Assembly (NCBI GenBank): GCA_046496975.1
Contig: JAWOGI010000227.1
Span: 1-37,255 of the forward strand
Reading direction: 5' to 3'
DNA length: 37,255 nt
Source: Desulfobacteraceae bacterium
GTDB taxonomy: Bacteria > Desulfobacterota > Desulfobacteria > Desulfobacterales > Desulfobacteraceae
Each line of letters opens with the position of its first letter. Position 1 is the stretch's first letter. A program made the translations under genes and the position numbers. Of this stretch, positions 35,101 through 37,255 are shown piece after piece. The notes under the pieces were generated by a model. It was not told where the DNA came from, searched no databases, and worked only from the letters and a program-made list of their open reading frames with translations.

Positions 35101-36623
35101 TGAAAGAGGTGATCCGGGAGCAGAATCTCAACAGAGTGGTGGTTGCCTCCTGCTCCCCCCGCACCCACGAACCCCTCTTCCAGGAGACCATCAGGGATGC
35201 CGGTCTCAACAAGTACCTTTTTGAGATGGCCAATATCAGGGACCAGAACACCTGGGTGCACATGAATCAGCCGGAAAAGGCAACGAAAAAAGCCAGGGAT
35301 CTGGTGCGCATGGCCGTGGCCAAGGCGGCCTTTATAGCGCCTTTGCACCAGGTGAGCCTGGAGATCAAAAAAGAGCTTCTCGTTGTGGGCGGTGGTGCGG
35401 CGGGCATGGAAGCGGCCCTGAATGCCGCCGACCAGGGAGTTCATGTCCACCTGGTGGAAAAATCCCCTCTCCTTGGCGGGGTTGCCGTAAAACTCAACAC
35501 CACCTGGAAGGGAGAGGATATCCGCCGCTACCTGGACGCTCTTGTTGAAAAACTATCCAACCATCCCCTGGTGACGGTTCACCTTAACACCACGGTAACG
35601 GCGTTTACCGGCGCCATGGGTAACTTTGCCACAACGGTGAAAAACCACAGCGACAACAGCCCCACCACCATCGACCACGGGGCGGCAATCATCGCCACCG
35701 GCGGCAGGGAGTACAAGCCCGACGAGTACCTGTACAAAGACCACCCCGATGTTTTGACCCACCTGGAGATGGACGAAGCCTTGAGAACAGGGGACAATCG
35801 CATCGACAACGCAGGGGCCGTTGTGTTCATCCAGTGCGTGGGATCACGGAACAGGGAGAACCCCTATTGCAGCAAGGTGTGCTGCACCCACAGCCTGAAA
35901 AGCGCCATTGCGGTAAAGCAGATGGACAGGCGAAAAAGGGTGTACATCATCTACCGGGACCTTCGCTCCTACGGATTCAGGGAGGCCCTCTACCAGGAGG
36001 CAAGAAAACTCGGCATCCTCTTCATCCGGTACGACCTTGAAAAAAAACCGGTCTTACAAAAAACTGCCGAAAACCAGCTGGAACTTTTTGTGGTGGACCA
36101 TGTGCTCCGGGTTCCGATAACGATCCATCCCGACCTTGTGGTGCTGGCATCGGCGATCATTCCCCAGGCCAACAAAGAACTGTTTGAGATCTTCAAGGTG
36201 CCCACCAACAGTGAAGGTTTCCTGGTGGAGGCCCACGCAAAACTGCGGCCGGTGGATCTTGCCTCCAGCGGCATCTTTGTTGCCGGCCTGGCCCACTACC
36301 CCAAACCCCTGGAGGAGAGCATCGCCCAGGCAAGGGCCAGCGTTGCCAGGGCCATGGCCATCCTCTCCCGGGACACCCTGATGGTGGGCGGGGTGGTGGC
36401 CGAGGTGACCCCGGAAAAATGCGCGGTTTGCCTCACCTGTGTCCGCACCTGTCCCTATGAGATCCCGGAGATACACAACGACGGGTATGCAGAGATCGAC
36501 CCGGCAAGGTGCCACGGCTGCGGCGCCTGTGTGGCGGAATGCCCGGGAAGGGCGATCCAGCTGAACCACTTTACCGACCAGCAGCTCCTTGCAAAGAGCC
36601 GGGCCCTTTTTGAAGAGGCGTAA
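32175..36623 (+). CDS. hdrA: Giant HdrA-like flavoprotein (two HdrA modules plus an inserted GltD/NfnB-like NAD(P)H-FAD module and ferredoxin domains)
   Basis: 1482 aa. HdrA N-terminus VMVIGAGIAGIQAALDLADSG..FPTNDCSMCI. GltD-like RRACPAGLNVQGYVQMVKEGKYREALEII..GRICPHSCEEAC and KVAIVGSGPAGLSAG. Two CVGSR..YCS.VCC motifs. Second Rossmann LLVVGGGAAGMEAAL. C-terminal CAVCLTCVRTCP / CHGCGACVAECP. Confidence 0.9.
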   Translation: MANNGRGSVMVIGAGIAGIQAALDLADSGYFVYLADKNTAIGGAMAQLDKTFPTNDCSMCIISPKLVEAGRHLNIELITMAELDGVAGREGDFTVTIKEHPRFIDLEKCTACGECAKVCPVELSSQFDENLATRKAAFKLYPQAMPSGYVLEKRDWAPCRRACPAGLNVQGYVQMVKEGKYREALEIIMEQLPLPGVLGRICPHSCEEACQRCLVDEPVAIRDLKRLAADRFDPAEVEIACAAKTGKKVAIVGSGPAGLSAGYHLARSGVEATIFEALPLAGGMLRVGIPDHRLPGDVLEREIALVTALGVEIRCNTRLGRDFSLESLEEDGFDAIFLALGAHKGIAPGLPGEELDNVCQGVDFLRELNLTGTVKSGRQVVIIGGGNVAIDVARAALRLGTQEVTILYRRTRTEMPAWEEEITAAEGEGAKIVYLASPTAVVGEENKVKALQVIRMELGEPDQSGRRRPVPLPGTEYELACDQVVLAIGQRPDISGVKDSQEVATSRWDTLEADPVTLATGRKGVFAGGDAMTGPATAIEAVAAGMAAARSICRYLEGESMPAGRHQAGKEEREEKSPDIRPVPPDTPVIPRYKPQQLAFAKRAGNFDEVDLGYGDAEGRKEAERCLNCGYCSECMQCVKACLANAVDHTMAEQTKELHVGAVILSPGFTPFDPSDMTSYCYGHSPNVMTSLEFERILSASGPFAGHLVRPSDRRQPKKIAWLQCVGSRDINRGDHAYCSSVCCMYANKQAIIAKEHSPDGLDTAIFFMDMRTHGKEFDKYQMRAEDDSGVRFIRSRIHSVFPEPGDRYRLVYASEGGSTAEEVFDMVVLSIGLAPNRDAKALAEKTGIRLNSHGFAETDNLSPVSTSRKGIYVCGAFQEPKDIPSSVMEASAAAAEASAALKEHRWQETRVRQLPEETDVSGQTPRIGVFVCNCGINIGGIADVPAVRAYAATLPFVVHVEENLFTCSQDTQEKMKEVIREQNLNRVVVASCSPRTHEPLFQETIRDAGLNKYLFEMANIRDQNTWVHMNQPEKATKKARDLVRMAVAKAAFIAPLHQVSLEIKKELLVVGGGAAGMEAALNAADQGVHVHLVEKSPLLGGVAVKLNTTWKGEDIRRYLDALVEKLSNHPLVTVHLNTTVTAFTGAMGNFATTVKNHSDNSPTTIDHGAAIIATGGREYKPDEYLYKDHPDVLTHLEMDEALRTGDNRIDNAGAVVFIQCVGSRNRENPYCSKVCCTHSLKSAIAVKQMDRRKRVYIIYRDLRSYGFREALYQEARKLGILFIRYDLEKKPVLQKTAENQLELFVVDHVLRVPITIHPDLVVLASAIIPQANKELFEIFKVPTNSEGFLVEAHAKLRPVDLASSGIFVAGLAHYPKPLEESIAQARASVARAMAILSRDTLMVGGVVAEVTPEKCAVCLTCVRTCPYEIPEIHNDGYAEIDPARCHGCGACVAECPGRAIQLNHFTDQQLLAKSRALFEEA

Positions 36624-36627
36624 AACA

Positions 36628-36643
36628 ACGACTTTCATATAAA
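36628..36643. repeat. 16-nt fragment of hairpin-repeat family 1 in the hdrA-mvhD spacer
   Basis: acgactttcatataaa is identical to 23938-23953. Confidence 0.4.
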
Positions 36644-36665
36644 AAAAAACAAACGGAGGTGAATC

Positions 36666-37091
36666 ATGACCGGGGAATTTGAACCGAGGATCATCGCATT
36701 CTGCTGCCAGTACTGAGCCTATGCCGCAGGGGACCTGGCAGGTTCCATGAGGCTGTCCTATCCGGCTGACATCAAGATCATCCAGCTGCCCTGCACGGGC
36801 AGGGTGGACATCCTTCACCTGCTCAACGCCATAGAGCAGGGGGCAGACGGTGTCTATGTGGCCGGATGCCTTGAAGGGGAGTGCCACTTTATCGAGGGGA
36901 ACCTCAAGGCCGCAAAAAAGGTGAAGCGGGTAAAGAAAATCTTAATGGAAGCAGGGGTTGAGCCGGAGCGGGTGGCAATGTTCAACCTCTCCTCCGCCCA
37001 GGGGGCCAGGTTTGCCGAGATTGCCCGGGAAATGACCGACAGGATACGGGCACTGGGCCCCACTCCGGTACAGCACAACCATGCAGCGTAA
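36666..37091 (+). CDS. mvhD: MvhD/FlpD-like hydrogenase delta-subunit-type [2Fe-2S] protein, selenocysteine at UGA 36714-36716
   Basis: ATG 36666 with RBS ggaggtg. It is in frame with listed ORF 36747..37091. The N-terminus MTGEFEPRIIAFCCQY-U-AYAAGDLAGS..IIQLPCTGRVD..VAGCLEGECHF reproduces the MvhD Cys pattern, with Sec in place of one Cys. Confidence 0.8.
36717..36753 (+). other. Candidate SECIS-like stem-loop immediately after the mvhD UGA
   Basis: gcctatg (36717-36723) pairs with cat-g-aggc (36746-36753, one bulged G). The enclosed 22 nt can form cagg-gga-cctg. Weaker than the hairpin at 31586. Confidence 0.35.
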
Positions 37092-37116
37092 CAAAACCAA
37101 AACAGAGAGGTGAACC

Positions 37117-37255
37117 ATGATAGTCGCAGATCAGAAACCCCTGGAAGAGATACTGGCCATGGTAGCGCACAAGAAAAAAATCCTCATTTTGGGGTGCAAA
37201 GGGTGCGTTACCGTGTGCAATGTGGGGGGATTAAAGGAGGCCGAGATACTGGCAG
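37117..37255 (+). CDS. Partial Cys-containing ORF, possibly MetV-like partner of MetF (3' end beyond window)
   Basis: ATG 37117 with RBS gagagg. MIVADQKPLEEILAMVAHKKKILILGCKGCVTVCNVGGLKEAEILA. The GCxxCxxxCxxGG pattern and its position after mvhD recall the hdr-mvhD-metV order of acetogens. The assignment is tentative. Confidence 0.4.
   Translation, partial: MIVADQKPLEEILAMVAHKKKILILGCKGCVTVCNVGGLKEAEILA

Overview
This 37.3-kb chromosomal window looks like a Desulfobacterales-type (Desulfobacterota) anaerobe. That is inferred from gene content only: many PAS/histidine-kinase sensors, a MetF/Hdr/MvhD redox cluster and two in-frame UGA (selenocysteine) genes. No organism can be named.

Housekeeping genes:
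- Left end: activase ATPase (cut by the window edge), crotonase, surE, rhomboid, FadL-type porin, hybrid sensor kinase.
- Middle: tex, Zn-ADH, deaD, ssb.
- Right end (29.3-37.3 kb): HTH-receiver regulator, metF, an HdrD/GlpC-like Fe-S protein (Sec), a 1482-aa HdrA-like fusion protein, mvhD (Sec) and a partial Cys-rich ORF.

Accessory genes between about 11.8 and 29 kb:
- SNase-like nuclease
- GNAT/DUF1778 toxin-antitoxin pair
- DUF4160/DUF2442 pair
- DUF2889 and MBL-fold proteins
- DUF4143 AAA ATPase
- nucleotidyltransferase-fold gene with an unknown partner
- several gene remnants (nagD-like, rarD-like, receiver fragment, and the C-terminal piece of a Y1/IS200-type, RAYT-like transposase)

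The most unusual content is non-coding. Three interrelated families of mosaic hairpin repeats occupy almost every larger intergenic space:
- They abut or contain stop codons.
- They bracket a kinase-porin pair.
- They form 300-400-bp inverted repeats around a 4.6-kb segment.
- They carry a heptanucleotide array whose copy number differs between copies.

No rRNA, tRNA or CRISPR array was seen. I cannot identify a clearly novel multi-gene protein system. The best candidates for follow-up are the repeat/RAYT-remnant network, the Sec-containing Hdr/MetF cluster with its unusual HdrA fusion, a decayed kinase-regulator chimera, and the NTase two-gene module. All homology calls come from motif recognition by eye, not from searches.
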